A stretch of DNA of 64,000 nucleotides from Nitrospirota bacterium (GCA_963845065.1 CAWJQQ010000009.1:608001-672000); one strand, 5' to 3'; counted from the stretch's first letter, positions 21,480 through 32,350 are shown. Notes: a model not told the origin generated them from the sequence alone. Numbers and translations: made by a program.

Positions 21480-21741
21480 CCGGCTCCTTGCAGGCATCGG
21501 CCATCGTTAGAATACGAAGTTTGTATTCATCCGGAAAACGACGTCAAAAGGCTTTAGCCGGAACCTCTGGGTCCGGCAAGACAAAAACCACACCTTGAGG
21601 CAGGGAATCTTTGTAGCGCCATGGACTCTCTCGCTTCCCGAGGCAGATTTAATCTTTGCAGCTATCATAAAAATATCGCCTACCCACCCTTTCCTCTAAA
21701 TTGCCATAAGGGAGGTGTCTCAGCTATATCGTCACAGTGAG
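21480..21741 (-). mobile_element. Left-end relic of an IS3-type element related to 41996-43627
   Basis: GGGAGGTGTCTCAG matches the 43598-43611 end; encodes PDPEVPAKAF*RRFPDEYKLRILTMADACKEP. Confidence 0.8.
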
Positions 21742-21764
21742 CATTACTGCTAGAGGAGGAACTA

Positions 21765-22550
21765 ATGCCGAAGTTTGCAGCGAATTTGACGATGCTCTTT
21801 ACCGAAGTCCCATTTATGGAGCGGTTTGCATCAGCACGGGACGCAGGCTTTTCAGCCATCGAATATTTATTCCCTTATGAGTTCGAAGCGGTCGAACTGA
21901 AAGCTCAACTAAGGCAAAACAGGTTAACACAAGTTTTGTTTAATCTTCCCGCCGGTAAATGGGAGGAAGGTGAGCGGGGAATTGCCGCAAATCCGGAACG
22001 AGTCGAAGAATTCCGTGCCGGAGTTGTAACAGCAGTAGAGTATGCTCTTGAACTCGGGGTGGGCGGGCTGAATTGTTTGGCCGGTAAGAGAATACGTGGT
22101 TATGATGACGACAAACAATGGTCAACCCTGGTTGAGAATGTGCGCTATGCGGGAAAAATATTGCACGAAAAGGGTTTGCGATTGATGATTGAACTGATTA
22201 ATCACTTCGATATCCCCAGTTTTTTTCTCAACCGGACCGAGCAGATACTTAAACTTATTGACGATGCGGGGATGCCGAATGTTTTCGTGCAGTATGATGT
22301 CTACCACGCTCAAAGAGAAGAGGGTGAACTGGCAGCCACATTGCGCAAACATATCGATAAAATCGGCCATATCCAGATAGCCGATAATCCCGGGCGGCAT
22401 CAGCCCGGTACCGGGGAAATAAACTATCAGTTTATTTTAAAGGAAATCGATGCATCAGGGTATCGGGGACACATCGGCCTTGAGTATGTGCCTATTCCTG
22501 ACAGCAAGTCTTCACTTGCTTGGATTACAGAATTCGGTTACAAACTCTGA
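21765..22550 (+). CDS. hyi: Hydroxypyruvate isomerase
   Basis: MPKFAANLTMLFTE, LFNLPAG, YDVYHAQ, HIQIADNPGRHQPGTGEINY. Confidence 0.93.
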   Translation: MPKFAANLTMLFTEVPFMERFASARDAGFSAIEYLFPYEFEAVELKAQLRQNRLTQVLFNLPAGKWEEGERGIAANPERVEEFRAGVVTAVEYALELGVGGLNCLAGKRIRGYDDDKQWSTLVENVRYAGKILHEKGLRLMIELINHFDIPSFFLNRTEQILKLIDDAGMPNVFVQYDVYHAQREEGELAATLRKHIDKIGHIQIADNPGRHQPGTGEINYQFILKEIDASGYRGHIGLEYVPIPDSKSSLAWITEFGYKL

Positions 22551-22612
22551 TGGTGCCGTAACTTCTGTTTTAATCCGTGTTAATCAATTTTCATTAAGGA
22601 GCGGACAAAAAG

Positions 22613-23497
22613 ATGAAAATCGGTTTTATAGGCCTTGGAATAATGGGAAAACCCATGAGCAAAAATTTGCTGAAAGCCGGCTTTCAGCTTGTTGTTTTCA
22701 ATAGAAGCAAGGGTGCGGTGAGTGATCTTGTCGCTGCTGGGGCTAACGCTGCGGCGAATCCAATGGAAGTGGCGGAGCAGGCGGAGATCATCATCACGAT
22801 GCTGCCTAATTCTCCTCACGTGAGGGAGGTGGTTTTGGGAGAAGCTGGTATTATCGAAGGCGCGGCGAAGGGTTCTGTTGTCATAGATATGAGTTCTATT
22901 GCTCCGCTGGTGAGCCGTGAAATAGCTGCCAGGTTGGATGAAAAAGGCATAGATATGCTTGATGCACCCGTGAGCGGCGGAGAGCCTAAGGCCATCAACG
23001 CCACTCTTTCAGTGATGGTAGGTGGCAAAAAAGAGATTTTTGATAAGTGTTACCCTGTTATGAAAGCCATGGCAAGTTCCGTTGTGCTTGTCGGAAGTGC
23101 AGGAGCGGGCAATGTCGCAAAACTGGCCAACCAAGTCATAGTTGCACTTAACATCGCTGCTATGTCTGAGGCGTTAGTGCTGGCTGCTAAAGCCGGTGTA
23201 GACCCGGACCTCGTCTATCAGGCAATCCGCGGTGGACTTGCCGGCAGCGCTGTGCTGGATGCTAAAGCCCCGCTCATAATGGATCGTAAGTTCAATCCGG
23301 GGTTTCGGATCGATCTGCACATTAAAGATCTCAGCAACGTCCTGGAGACCTCGCACTCAATCGGAGTGCCATTACAGCTTACCGCTTCTGTAATGGAAAT
23401 TATGCAGGCCCTAAAAGTCGACGGTCTGGGCGATGCGGACCATGGAAGCTTGGTCCGCTACTATGAAAAAATGGCCGGTATTGAGGTAAAGCGGTAA
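22613..23497 (+). CDS. garR: 2-hydroxy-3-oxopropionate (tartronate semialdehyde) reductase
   Basis: IGFIGLGIMGKPMSKNLLKAG, LDAPVSGGEPKAI, KLANQVIVALNIAA, PGFRIDLHIKDL. Confidence 0.9.
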   Translation: MKIGFIGLGIMGKPMSKNLLKAGFQLVVFNRSKGAVSDLVAAGANAAANPMEVAEQAEIIITMLPNSPHVREVVLGEAGIIEGAAKGSVVIDMSSIAPLVSREIAARLDEKGIDMLDAPVSGGEPKAINATLSVMVGGKKEIFDKCYPVMKAMASSVVLVGSAGAGNVAKLANQVIVALNIAAMSEALVLAAKAGVDPDLVYQAIRGGLAGSAVLDAKAPLIMDRKFNPGFRIDLHIKDLSNVLETSHSIGVPLQLTASVMEIMQALKVDGLGDADHGSLVRYYEKMAGIEVKR

Positions 23498-23704
23498 TGA
23501 CAGGTGAGAGCAAGGTTGATCGACAAAGAATGCCTGCCATTGTATTTAAGTCATTTTTGTGCTATTTTTTAACTGATGTGGCGCCTTACGACATTGGGAA
23601 ACCTTTGTACTTCGCTGTCCGAGATAGTTGAATTGCTTCTGCCAAGGTCTAGAGAAACTTTTCGGGTTTGGAAGAGTAAAAATACGAGTAGGAGGAAAAA
23701 CGTG

Positions 23705-24979
23705 ATGAGATCGAAAAATTTTGTCAGAGTTTTATCAGTTACATTATTGGTGTTGCTGATCTTGGTGTTTTCCATTTCCGCGCAATCACAGCAGAATGTC
23801 ATCAAAATCGGCGCAGTCTATCCCCTGACCGGCAATATCGCATCAACTGGTCTGGACTGTAAGAGGGGCGTCGATCTGGCGGTAGATATTATTAACGGGA
23901 AATACGATCTTGACCTCCCCTTGGCGAGAAGTGAGGGTCTACCGAACCTAGGAGGTGCGAAAATAGAGATTGTATATGCCGATACCAAGGGGGACCCTAA
24001 AAATGGGATGTCCGAGACTGAGAGGATGATTACCTCGGAAAAGGTAGTTGCCATGATCGGGGCCTACCAGAGTGCTGTGACGAAAACTGCTAGTCAGATG
24101 ACCGAAAGGTTGCGAATTCCATATGTCTGCTCGGATTCTTCTTCTCCCACACTAACGGAAAGGGGATACAAATACTTTTTCAGGGTTAGCCCTCACGACG
24201 ATATTTTTGCCCGGGACCAGTTTCAGTTCCTGAAGGACCTGGAAAAGAAGACCGGGCAGAAAGTTCATAACGTTGCCGTGCTTTACGAAAATACAGAATT
24301 CGGCTCTAATGCTGGCAAGGCCTACAAGAAATATGCCGCTGAATTTGGTTATAATGTGGTAGCCGATATCGCATACACGGCCAACGCAACAGATGTGACC
24401 AGCGAGGTGGGCAAGCTCATCGTAAGCAAACCGGACATACTGATGCATGCTTCGTATATCACAGATGCCATTCTCTTTACCAAGACCTTCAAGGAAATGG
24501 GCTTTCAACCTAAAGGCATTCTGACTATGGCGGGTTATATTGAGCCGGGTTACTTGGCGGCGATAAAAGCTGATGGCAACTACATAATTGTCCGGTCGAC
24601 CTTTGCACTCGATCTTGGCAAGAATAAACCACTCGTGACCAAGGTCAACGACCTATTCAGAAAGAAATACGGTATAGACATGAGTGAGAACGCCGCCCGG
24701 AGCTTCATGGCCCCATTTGTCCTTGCCGAGGCTATAAACCGGGCAAAGTCCACAGATCCGGAAGCTATTGTTAAAGCTCTTCATGAGACTGACATTCCTG
24801 GCAACCAGACTATCTACCCATGGAAAGGGATCAAGTTCGACCCGCAAACAAACCAGAACATCTACGCGAGGGGAATGCTTGTTCAGATACAAAATCAGGA
24901 ATACGTAACAATCTGGCCTTTTGAGTCGGCTTCGAAGCCAGTAGTTTGGCCGTTCCCAGGATGGAAAGAAAGAAATTAG
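23705..24979 (+). CDS. ABC transporter substrate-binding protein (LivK/HAAT family)
   Basis: Signal peptide, IKIGAVYPLTG, GAYQSAVT, YFFRVSP. Confidence 0.9.
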   Translation: MRSKNFVRVLSVTLLVLLILVFSISAQSQQNVIKIGAVYPLTGNIASTGLDCKRGVDLAVDIINGKYDLDLPLARSEGLPNLGGAKIEIVYADTKGDPKNGMSETERMITSEKVVAMIGAYQSAVTKTASQMTERLRIPYVCSDSSSPTLTERGYKYFFRVSPHDDIFARDQFQFLKDLEKKTGQKVHNVAVLYENTEFGSNAGKAYKKYAAEFGYNVVADIAYTANATDVTSEVGKLIVSKPDILMHASYITDAILFTKTFKEMGFQPKGILTMAGYIEPGYLAAIKADGNYIIVRSTFALDLGKNKPLVTKVNDLFRKKYGIDMSENAARSFMAPFVLAEAINRAKSTDPEAIVKALHETDIPGNQTIYPWKGIKFDPQTNQNIYARGMLVQIQNQEYVTIWPFESASKPVVWPFPGWKERN

Positions 24980-24995
24980 CAGGGGGGATCGATCC

Positions 24996-25856
24996 ATGCC
25001 TAATCAATTGCTTCAACAACTTGCCGATGGTTTATTAATCGGTCTGATGTATTCCTTGGTCGCCATCGGACTGACGCTTATTTGGGGCGTCATGAACATT
25101 GTGAATTTCGCCCACGGCGAATTCCTGATGCTCGGTATGTTCACCTCCTTCTGGCTCTTTACCCTGTATGGTATCGATCCCATTTTTTCGATTCCAATAT
25201 GTTTTGTCGGCATGTTTGTCATGGGCACGCTGATCTACCGCTTCATTGTGAGCAAGGTGATGAAGGGTCCCATTCTTGCTCAGTTGGTAGTGACCTTCGG
25301 TTTGAGCATCTTTATCTCCAATCTTGCTGTTTATTTCTGGACCCCGGATTTCCGACTTTTGCCAGCCACAATGCTCCATGGTACGTGGCAAATCGGCGGC
25401 ATCGAACTCAGTGTTCCCAAAGTCGCAGCCTCCATCGGGAGCGTAATAGCTTCTGTTTGCATGTTTTTTTTCCTGAAAAGGACGAAAACAGGCAAGGCTA
25501 TTTCGGCGACCGAGATGGATCGCGAAGCGGCCCTGCTCATGGGGATCAATACGGAACGCATCAACTCGCTTTCTTTTGGAATCGGCGCGGCCCTCGTCGG
25601 AGTGGCGGGGGCCTTTTTATCTACTTATTACTACATCTATCCTCAGGTGGGAGGTCTATTCGGGACCATTGCCTTTTGTGTCGTGGCCTTCGGCGGGTTC
25701 GGCAGCATTGAAGGGGCATTTATCGCTGGAATCCTGGTGGGGTTGGCGCAGACATTAGGCGGGTTCTTCTTCGATCCGTCCTACAAGTATGCCATTGTTT
25801 TCATGATTTATCTCATAACAATCTGGATAAGACCACAGGGCCTCATGGGGTGGTAG
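24996..25856 (+). CDS. HAAT ABC permease (LivH-like)
   Basis: GLTLIWGVMNIVNFAHGE, GGFGSIEGA, RPQGLMG. Confidence 0.92.
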   Translation: MPNQLLQQLADGLLIGLMYSLVAIGLTLIWGVMNIVNFAHGEFLMLGMFTSFWLFTLYGIDPIFSIPICFVGMFVMGTLIYRFIVSKVMKGPILAQLVVTFGLSIFISNLAVYFWTPDFRLLPATMLHGTWQIGGIELSVPKVAASIGSVIASVCMFFFLKRTKTGKAISATEMDREAALLMGINTERINSLSFGIGAALVGVAGAFLSTYYYIYPQVGGLFGTIAFCVVAFGGFGSIEGAFIAGILVGLAQTLGGFFFDPSYKYAIVFMIYLITIWIRPQGLMGW

Positions 25857-25859
25857 CGC

Positions 25860-26825
25860 ATGCGTAATTTTACAGCTCGGCAGATTATTGCGGGATTTGC
25901 CATCCTCCTGCTGCTCATTGCCTTTCCCCTGGTATTCCGCCAGTCCTTTCATATTCATGTAATGATCCTGGTGTTCATGTTCGGCATGCTGGGAGTTGCG
26001 TGGAACATCATGGGCGGCTATGCTGGTATGTTTTCTTTTGGGCAGGCGGCCTTTTTCGGTATCGGCGCGTATACTTCTTCCTATTTATCTATCGCCTACG
26101 GGGTCAACCCGTGGATAGGACTCGTCGCAGGAGGCTGTGCCGCTGCTTTGGTGGCTTCAGCTATCGGGTATCCATGTTCCAACCTGAGGGGCCACTATTT
26201 TGCAATCGCCAGTATCGCATTTGCTGAAATCGTCAGGATTGTCTTCAACAACTGGAAAAGAGTGGGTGCGGCAGAAGGCCTCTCTTTGTCCATAAAGAAC
26301 GAGTCCTTCGGAAACTTCCTGTTCAACTCTTCGAAACTGCCCTATTACTATATCATGCTTGCCTTTCTTCTAGTTTCTCTGGCCGTTTCTTATTTCGTAG
26401 CCACCTCTAAAATGGGCTACTATTTCCGCGCGATTAAGGAGAGCCATAAAATTGCGGAATCCCTAGGTGTTGATGTCGTTTTGTACCGTCTCATGGCTAT
26501 TATGATAAGCGCCTTCCTGAGCGCTATGGCTGGTACATTTTACGCGCAATATATTCTTTACATCGATCCCGGGAGCGTCATGCTTCTCGCTACGTCTATC
26601 CAGATTGTTCTCATCGCGATGCTTGGAGGGGCGGGGAGCATTATGGGGCCCGTGGTTGGCGCAGCTATATTGATACCTACATCAGAATACACGCGTGTCG
26701 CTCTCGGTTACCAGGGAACAGGCATGGATATGCTTATATACGGGTTATTGATCACTCTCATTTCCATGTACTACCCCGAAGGAATCTGGAAACTTTTTGC
26801 CAGGATAGGCAGGAAACTGAAATGA
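25860..26825 (+). CDS. HAAT ABC permease (LivM-like)
   Basis: WNIMGGYAGMFSFGQAAFFGIGAY, LRGHYFAI, GGAGSIMGPVVGA. Confidence 0.92.
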   Translation: MRNFTARQIIAGFAILLLLIAFPLVFRQSFHIHVMILVFMFGMLGVAWNIMGGYAGMFSFGQAAFFGIGAYTSSYLSIAYGVNPWIGLVAGGCAAALVASAIGYPCSNLRGHYFAIASIAFAEIVRIVFNNWKRVGAAEGLSLSIKNESFGNFLFNSSKLPYYYIMLAFLLVSLAVSYFVATSKMGYYFRAIKESHKIAESLGVDVVLYRLMAIMISAFLSAMAGTFYAQYILYIDPGSVMLLATSIQIVLIAMLGGAGSIMGPVVGAAILIPTSEYTRVALGYQGTGMDMLIYGLLITLISMYYPEGIWKLFARIGRKLK

Positions 26826-27562
26826 ACAAGGCGATCTGTTTGAAAGTCGCGGGGTTGTCGAAGCGGTTCGGCGGCCTGGCTGCAAACAACGATATCCACT
26901 TTTCTGTGGAGGAAGGGGAAATCGTCAGCGTTATTGGTCCCAACGGGGCCGGGAAATCTACCCTGTTCAATTGCGTGACCGGCTTCTACAAGCCGGACAG
27001 CGGCAACGTCTTCTTCTATGACAAGGAAATAACACGCATGCGGCCCGACAAGGTCTGCAACCTTGGAGTCGCGCGCACCTTTCAGATTGTAGAGGTGATC
27101 AGCGAAATGACGGTCCTTGAAAACGTTACGACGGGTGGGCTGTTGCGTTATCGCCGGATCAAACCCGCCATGGATAAAGCTGTCGAGATACTGGCTTTCA
27201 CGGGTCTTTATGAGAAAAAGGATTTCCTTGGGACGGAGCTGACTATTGCGGATAAAAAGAGGTTGGAGGTCTCCATGGCGCTGGCCACGCAGCCGCGATT
27301 GCTAATGCTTGACGAATCTATGGCCGGACTCAATAAAGTCGAGTTGCGGGAGATAATTGATCTCTTCAGGAAAATCAGAAACAAAGGAATGACCCTGGTC
27401 ATAGTAGAGCACGTGATGGAGGCCGTCATGCAGATATCTGACCGAGTCGTAGTCCTGAACAGCGGTAAAAAAATCATGGAAGGCACACCAAAAGAAGTGA
27501 GCTCGGACAGGGAAGTCATTCAAGCATATCTGGGGGAAAAGTACGGTGCTATCCTTAAATAA
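26822..27562 (+). CDS. HAAT ABC ATP-binding protein (LivG-like)
   Basis: KRFGGL, GPNGAGKST, ARTFQ, VIQAYLG. Confidence 0.92.
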   Translation: MNKAICLKVAGLSKRFGGLAANNDIHFSVEEGEIVSVIGPNGAGKSTLFNCVTGFYKPDSGNVFFYDKEITRMRPDKVCNLGVARTFQIVEVISEMTVLENVTTGGLLRYRRIKPAMDKAVEILAFTGLYEKKDFLGTELTIADKKRLEVSMALATQPRLLMLDESMAGLNKVELREIIDLFRKIRNKGMTLVIVEHVMEAVMQISDRVVVLNSGKKIMEGTPKEVSSDREVIQAYLGEKYGAILK

Positions 27563-28250
27563 TATTTCCGTGGGCTATAAGGGACTCCTGGCTGTTCAGG
27601 ACATTTCTTTCAAAATCAACGAAGGAGAGATAGTCAGCCTTATCGGTTCCAATGGTGCCGGAAAATCCACCATAGTCAAAACCATTGCGGGTCTTATTCA
27701 TCCCTGGAAAGGGGAAATTCTGTTCAAGAATGCCCCCATTCATCAGACCCAGCCTTTTGATATCGTAACAAAGGGTATCTCCATGGTTCCTGAGGGCAGG
27801 AAGCTCTTTGGCCGCCTGTCTGTTCTGGACAATCTCATGCTAGGGGCCTATACCGTCCGGTCCAAGTCTGACATCGAAAAGAATCTGCAAAGCGTCTTCA
27901 ATCTGTTTCCTATATTGAAGGAACGGCAGGAGCAGCGATCCGATACATTCAGCGGCGGAGAGCAGCAGGAGCTAGCCATTGGACGGGGACTTATGTCCAA
28001 CCCATCGCTGCTCATACTGGACGAGCCTTCGCTGGGACTGGGACCAAAATTGGTCTCGGACATTTTCAGGATTGTCAGGGAGATTAATGCCCGGGGCGTC
28101 ACTGTTTTGCTTGTTGAACAGAATGTCTATGAAGCCCTCGATATTTCCGTCAGCGCTTGTGTTCTTCAGACAGGCCGCATAGTCATGGAGGGGAAAGGGC
28201 AGGAATTGCTGAAGAGCGATCAAGTTAGAGAGGCATACCTCGGAATGTGA
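27546..28250 (+). CDS. HAAT ABC ATP-binding protein (LivF-like)
   Basis: GSNGAGKST, VPEGR, SGGEQQ, LDEPSLGL, VREAYLG. Confidence 0.92.
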   Translation: MLSLNNISVGYKGLLAVQDISFKINEGEIVSLIGSNGAGKSTIVKTIAGLIHPWKGEILFKNAPIHQTQPFDIVTKGISMVPEGRKLFGRLSVLDNLMLGAYTVRSKSDIEKNLQSVFNLFPILKERQEQRSDTFSGGEQQELAIGRGLMSNPSLLILDEPSLGLGPKLVSDIFRIVREINARGVTVLLVEQNVYEALDISVSACVLQTGRIVMEGKGQELLKSDQVREAYLGM

Positions 28251-29552
28251 ATGGAGGACCGGGCAATGAATGTTAATATGAAATATGGCAAAACCGGACT
28301 GTCTCTTGATCTTCCAGGGGATATCGACGTTACGCTGATCCAAAAGAAAGCCATGCCTGTCCTCAAAAACCCAGAGGGAGCCATCAAGGCTGTCTTCGCG
28401 GCTCCGGTTAACAGCAAAAAGCTCCGTGAAGAGGCAAAGGGCTGCCGTAGTTGCTGCATCCTCATCTGCGATATCACCCGGCCCGTACCGAATGGCCATA
28501 TTCTCCCTCAACTGATAAAAGAGCTTATCGAGGCCGGGATGACCCCCGATTCGATCACAGTACTCGTTGCAACAGGTCTCCATAGACCGAATGAAGGGGA
28601 TGAGCTTCGCGAACTGGTCGGAAGCGACTGGGTCCTCGACACCGTTACAGTCGCCAACCATTTTGCGAGGCGGGATGATGATCATGAATACATAGGAACT
28701 ACATCGGGCGGTATTGAGATCAAACTCGACCGCCGCTTTGTCCGGGCAGATCTTCGCATTGTCATCGGTCTGGTGGAGCCCCATTTCATGGCCGGCTACT
28801 CCGGCGGACGAAAAATTGTCGCCCCGGGCGTTGCACATGAAAAGACGATACGCTCGTTCCACTGTGCGCGGGTACTGGAGGATTTCAAGTCTGCGAACTG
28901 TATTCTCGAGGGCAACCCGCTGCACGCTGCACAGATGGAGGTAGTGCAAATGGTGGGAAGGTGTTTGGCCGTCAATACGGTCATCAATGAAGACCGCCAA
29001 ATATCCTTTATCAATTTCGGCGAAATCGTAGCGAGTCACCTAGAAGCCGTTTCGTTTGTGCGGCCCTATGCGGAGATCCGCCTTAAAACAAGATTCAAGA
29101 CTGTCGTGACCAGTTCTGCGGGTTACCCGCTGGATAAAACTTATTACCAGACAGTCAAGGGGATGGTGGGTGCTCTCGAAATCCTGGAGCCGGGCGGGGA
29201 CCTCATCATTGTGTCAGCATGTTCGGAGGGAATGGGATCGCCTGACTATGCTGAAGCGCAACTGTGTCTCACCGACAAAGGACCCGATAGGTTCCTCCAT
29301 GGAATCATCGAGAAAAAGTACGCGGCTATCGATGAATGGCAAACGGAAATGCAGGTAAAGGCCATGAAAAGGGGCAATATTTTTCTCTTCACCGAGGGGT
29401 TGACGAAAAACCAGAAAGCACTTACAGGGGTCACCGTGATCGAATCGCCATTGGCCGCTATCACGGAGAGCGTGAAGGCACAAGGCGATCGCCGTGTGGC
29501 CATTATACCTGAAGGCCCTTATGCGATTCCGCTGTTTGTACCCAGGTTCTGA
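28251..29552 (+). CDS. LarA-superfamily nickel-pincer-dependent 2-hydroxyacid racemase/epimerase
   Basis: DITRPVP, ATGLHRP, EPHFMAGYSGGRK, YYQTVKG, IIPEGPY. Confidence 0.88.
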   Translation: MEDRAMNVNMKYGKTGLSLDLPGDIDVTLIQKKAMPVLKNPEGAIKAVFAAPVNSKKLREEAKGCRSCCILICDITRPVPNGHILPQLIKELIEAGMTPDSITVLVATGLHRPNEGDELRELVGSDWVLDTVTVANHFARRDDDHEYIGTTSGGIEIKLDRRFVRADLRIVIGLVEPHFMAGYSGGRKIVAPGVAHEKTIRSFHCARVLEDFKSANCILEGNPLHAAQMEVVQMVGRCLAVNTVINEDRQISFINFGEIVASHLEAVSFVRPYAEIRLKTRFKTVVTSSAGYPLDKTYYQTVKGMVGALEILEPGGDLIIVSACSEGMGSPDYAEAQLCLTDKGPDRFLHGIIEKKYAAIDEWQTEMQVKAMKRGNIFLFTEGLTKNQKALTGVTVIESPLAAITESVKAQGDRRVAIIPEGPYAIPLFVPRF

Positions 29553-29554
29553 AC

Positions 29555-30886
29555 ATGGTACTTATAAGAATGGCAGGGGAAGGTCCCAGGATTATCCTTA
29601 GAGAGATTTTCAATAAATCGCTATTGGCAGTAGACCCTTATAAAGCAGTGGCCTCGTATTCGGATACAATTCGCAGGGCATACAAGAGCGGTAATTTCAG
29701 GAAACTTGTCCTCATAGGTTTCGGCAAAGCAGCTTCGCTCATGTCAAAAGCAATCGAAGACAATCTAGGAGACGTACTGGCTGGCGGAATAATCGTAACG
29801 AAATATGGCCATTCAGTACGGGGGGACAAAAATAGCAAAATTATAACCTATGAAGCGGGACATCCTCTACCTGATGAAAACGGACTAAAAGCTGCTAAGG
29901 AAATTGTAAGGGTGCTCAAAGAGGCGGACAAAAATACCCTCGTCATTTGCCTTATATCAGGAGGAGGATCTGCTCTTCTCGTAGCGCCCTACAAAAACAT
30001 CACACTGGCTGATAAACAGGAAGTCACCGGCATGCTTCTTAAGGCTGGGGCCGATATTTACGAGCTTAACACTGTTAGAAAGCACATTTCGGCAGTAAAA
30101 GGAGGCAGGCTGGCAGAAACAGCTCAACCGGCAACAATTATATCACTGATACTCTCCGACGTTATGGGAGACAGACTGGATATGATTGCATCTGGCCCTA
30201 CAGCGCCAGACAAAACAACTTATAATGAGGCGAATAATGTTTTCCTGAAATATAAGCTGGAAAACAGATTGCCGTCAAGTGTTGCGGAAATAATAGGTAA
30301 AGGTATACGTGGGCTTATGCCTGAAACGCCGAAGGATGACGATCCGGTTTTTCACAGGGTCAGTAATATCATTATTGGAAGCAACAAAATTGCGACGGAT
30401 GCAGCCAGGAAGGCCGCGGAGTTACTGGGATATAGAGCAACGGTTATCTCTACCGAATTGAGCGGCGAAGCGACAATCGTTGCCGGGGAACTTGCAAAAA
30501 AAGCGATTGATTTCAAAAAAGCATTAGCGCCCGGAGACAAGGCGTGCCTTATCGCCGGAGGAGAAACAACTGTTACGGTCAGAGGAAACGGCAAGGGAGG
30601 AAGGAATATGGAACTTGCCCTTGCTTTCGGAATGGGAATAAAAGGACTCCCAGGAATTACTTTTCTCTCGGCAGGCACCGACGGCACTGATGGCCCGACC
30701 GACGCTGCAGGAGCAATTGTGGACGGTCAAACCCTTGCAAAAGCGGCAGGGGCCGGCTTTGACGCAGGGGAGTACCTGAAGAACAACGATTCATATACTT
30801 TTTTCAGCAGGATGGGCGATTTATTTATTACCGGGCCGACCGGTACAAATGTCATGGATATACAGATAATACTGCTGGACAATTGA
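29555..30886 (+). CDS. Glycerate 2-kinase (MOFRL/TtuD-GckA family)
   Basis: GFGKAA, AGHPLPD, LISGGGSAL, GGETTV...GKGGRN, GTDGTDG, TGPTGTNVMD. Confidence 0.92.
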   Translation: MVLIRMAGEGPRIILREIFNKSLLAVDPYKAVASYSDTIRRAYKSGNFRKLVLIGFGKAASLMSKAIEDNLGDVLAGGIIVTKYGHSVRGDKNSKIITYEAGHPLPDENGLKAAKEIVRVLKEADKNTLVICLISGGGSALLVAPYKNITLADKQEVTGMLLKAGADIYELNTVRKHISAVKGGRLAETAQPATIISLILSDVMGDRLDMIASGPTAPDKTTYNEANNVFLKYKLENRLPSSVAEIIGKGIRGLMPETPKDDDPVFHRVSNIIIGSNKIATDAARKAAELLGYRATVISTELSGEATIVAGELAKKAIDFKKALAPGDKACLIAGGETTVTVRGNGKGGRNMELALAFGMGIKGLPGITFLSAGTDGTDGPTDAAGAIVDGQTLAKAAGAGFDAGEYLKNNDSYTFFSRMGDLFITGPTGTNVMDIQIILLDN

Positions 30887-30930
30887 CTTGTTCACCTGCA
30901 GTGTTAACTATAAATAATGCATGAGTACGC

Positions 30931-30965
30931 TTGATGCATTCCCACCGCTAAGGCCTGTGGGCTTC
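30931..30965 (-). mobile_element. Solo degenerate IS200/IS605-type right end (different subfamily)
   Basis: Minus strand GAAG-CCCACAGGCCTTAGCGGTGGG-AATGCATCAA: guide-hairpin-TCAN layout. Confidence 0.45.
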
Positions 30966-32144
30966 TGGGATACAAACGAGCTATTGCGGGATACACAGGC
31001 AGTTTTACTGCTCCTCTCCCAATGGTTGGACGCCCCAACCATGTGAATCACAATTGATGCATTATGGTCACGATCGTGATAAGTGTTACATGATCACATG
31101 GTTTGTGGCACTAGAATACCAATTCTCCTATCCGGATACGATTACCATCAAGCACTTCTCATAAATAGTTTACTTTTTATTCGTCATTAATAGACTATTG
31201 CCTGTGTTTCAAACAATGTATGAATGCTGCAGCACCTGCAAGAAGATTATGCAATTGACATTTCCTAACAGCACATTGCGTTTCATAGAACTTTTGACAG
31301 TTTTATATCTTCATGTGCCCGGCAAAGGTTATCATCGTGATAAAGATGAAGACACAAAGCAGGGGGAATAGGTGCGTGATGAACGCTGTTGTAGAACTTA
31401 TTGTATTGTGCATCAACGCGTGCATCACTGATGTGCGCCGCCGAATTGCAAAACATGCCTGCATCTAATATGCATAGCTGAAATAATGCGAACTAATAAA
31501 TGTCCTATTGGCATTCATTCATTGTCTCCGGTAAATCAACCTGTTTAAAAAGTGTGATCCGATATTGAGCGCATGTTGACACATTGTCCGGAGTATAGTG
31601 GTTATCCTAGCACCTTTCATGCCGGTCAAATAACAAACAACGATCGACGTTCCAAAAGATTTGTCTTGAAGGAGACTCAGCGCTTGAGTGATGTTATATT
31701 AGCAGCTTACCTCGCCATATTCGTATTATAATATATTCGCTTGCGACGACCAGTATTGTTGGAGAATCCTGTATGTGCCAAACCGATCATCGAGTCTTGT
31801 ATCCTAAAGAAACAGTTGTTATGAGCTTCTGCATTAGCTTCATGGTTCCTTTGGAAACAGTCACACTTAATCATTCAAAATCAACCTTAATTTCATCGTG
31901 AATGTTTCTTTCGGAGTCAGTTCTCCTGCTTACTAGATGTATTGACGATGTCCCTCTCTGCGATATCAAGCTACCTGGTCAAGTTTTATCAATAGGAAAT
32001 AATGGATATACAAAAATGAAATATTTCGTGATATATCAGTAAACCATGCACATTCAATGAGTTAGTACCTTTAAAGAAGATGTTATTTACATAAAAGCAC
32101 ACAATATTTAATCATTCTCCTTCAGCGGACTTTCCAGCTCACCT

Positions 32145-32160
32145 CGGCATAATTCTTGCG
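32145..32160 (+). promoter_or_regulatory. Possible sigma54 promoter
   Basis: CGGCATAATTCTTGC, GG-N10-GC, ~190 bp upstream of 32351. Confidence 0.35.
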
Positions 32161-32350
32161 TCTTTAGTTGTATTAACTAGATCATCAATGAATCATTATA
32201 TTACGAAAAGGCGATCCATGCACTATCACAGATATAGGCATGAGTATTAACTGTTTCGCCGTTTTGCTGTTTACGGGAGCAACCTGAAAAATGCAATCGC
32301 ATGGGAATGAAATTCTTCTAACGTTGACCACCCAAAAAGGAGGCTGAGCG

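Noticed and set aside
27972..29039. 355-aa minus-strand ORF, and similar long antisense ORFs such as 58526-59335 and 12477-13070
   Set aside because: Shadows of well-supported genes on the opposite strand or in another frame, with no recognisable motifs
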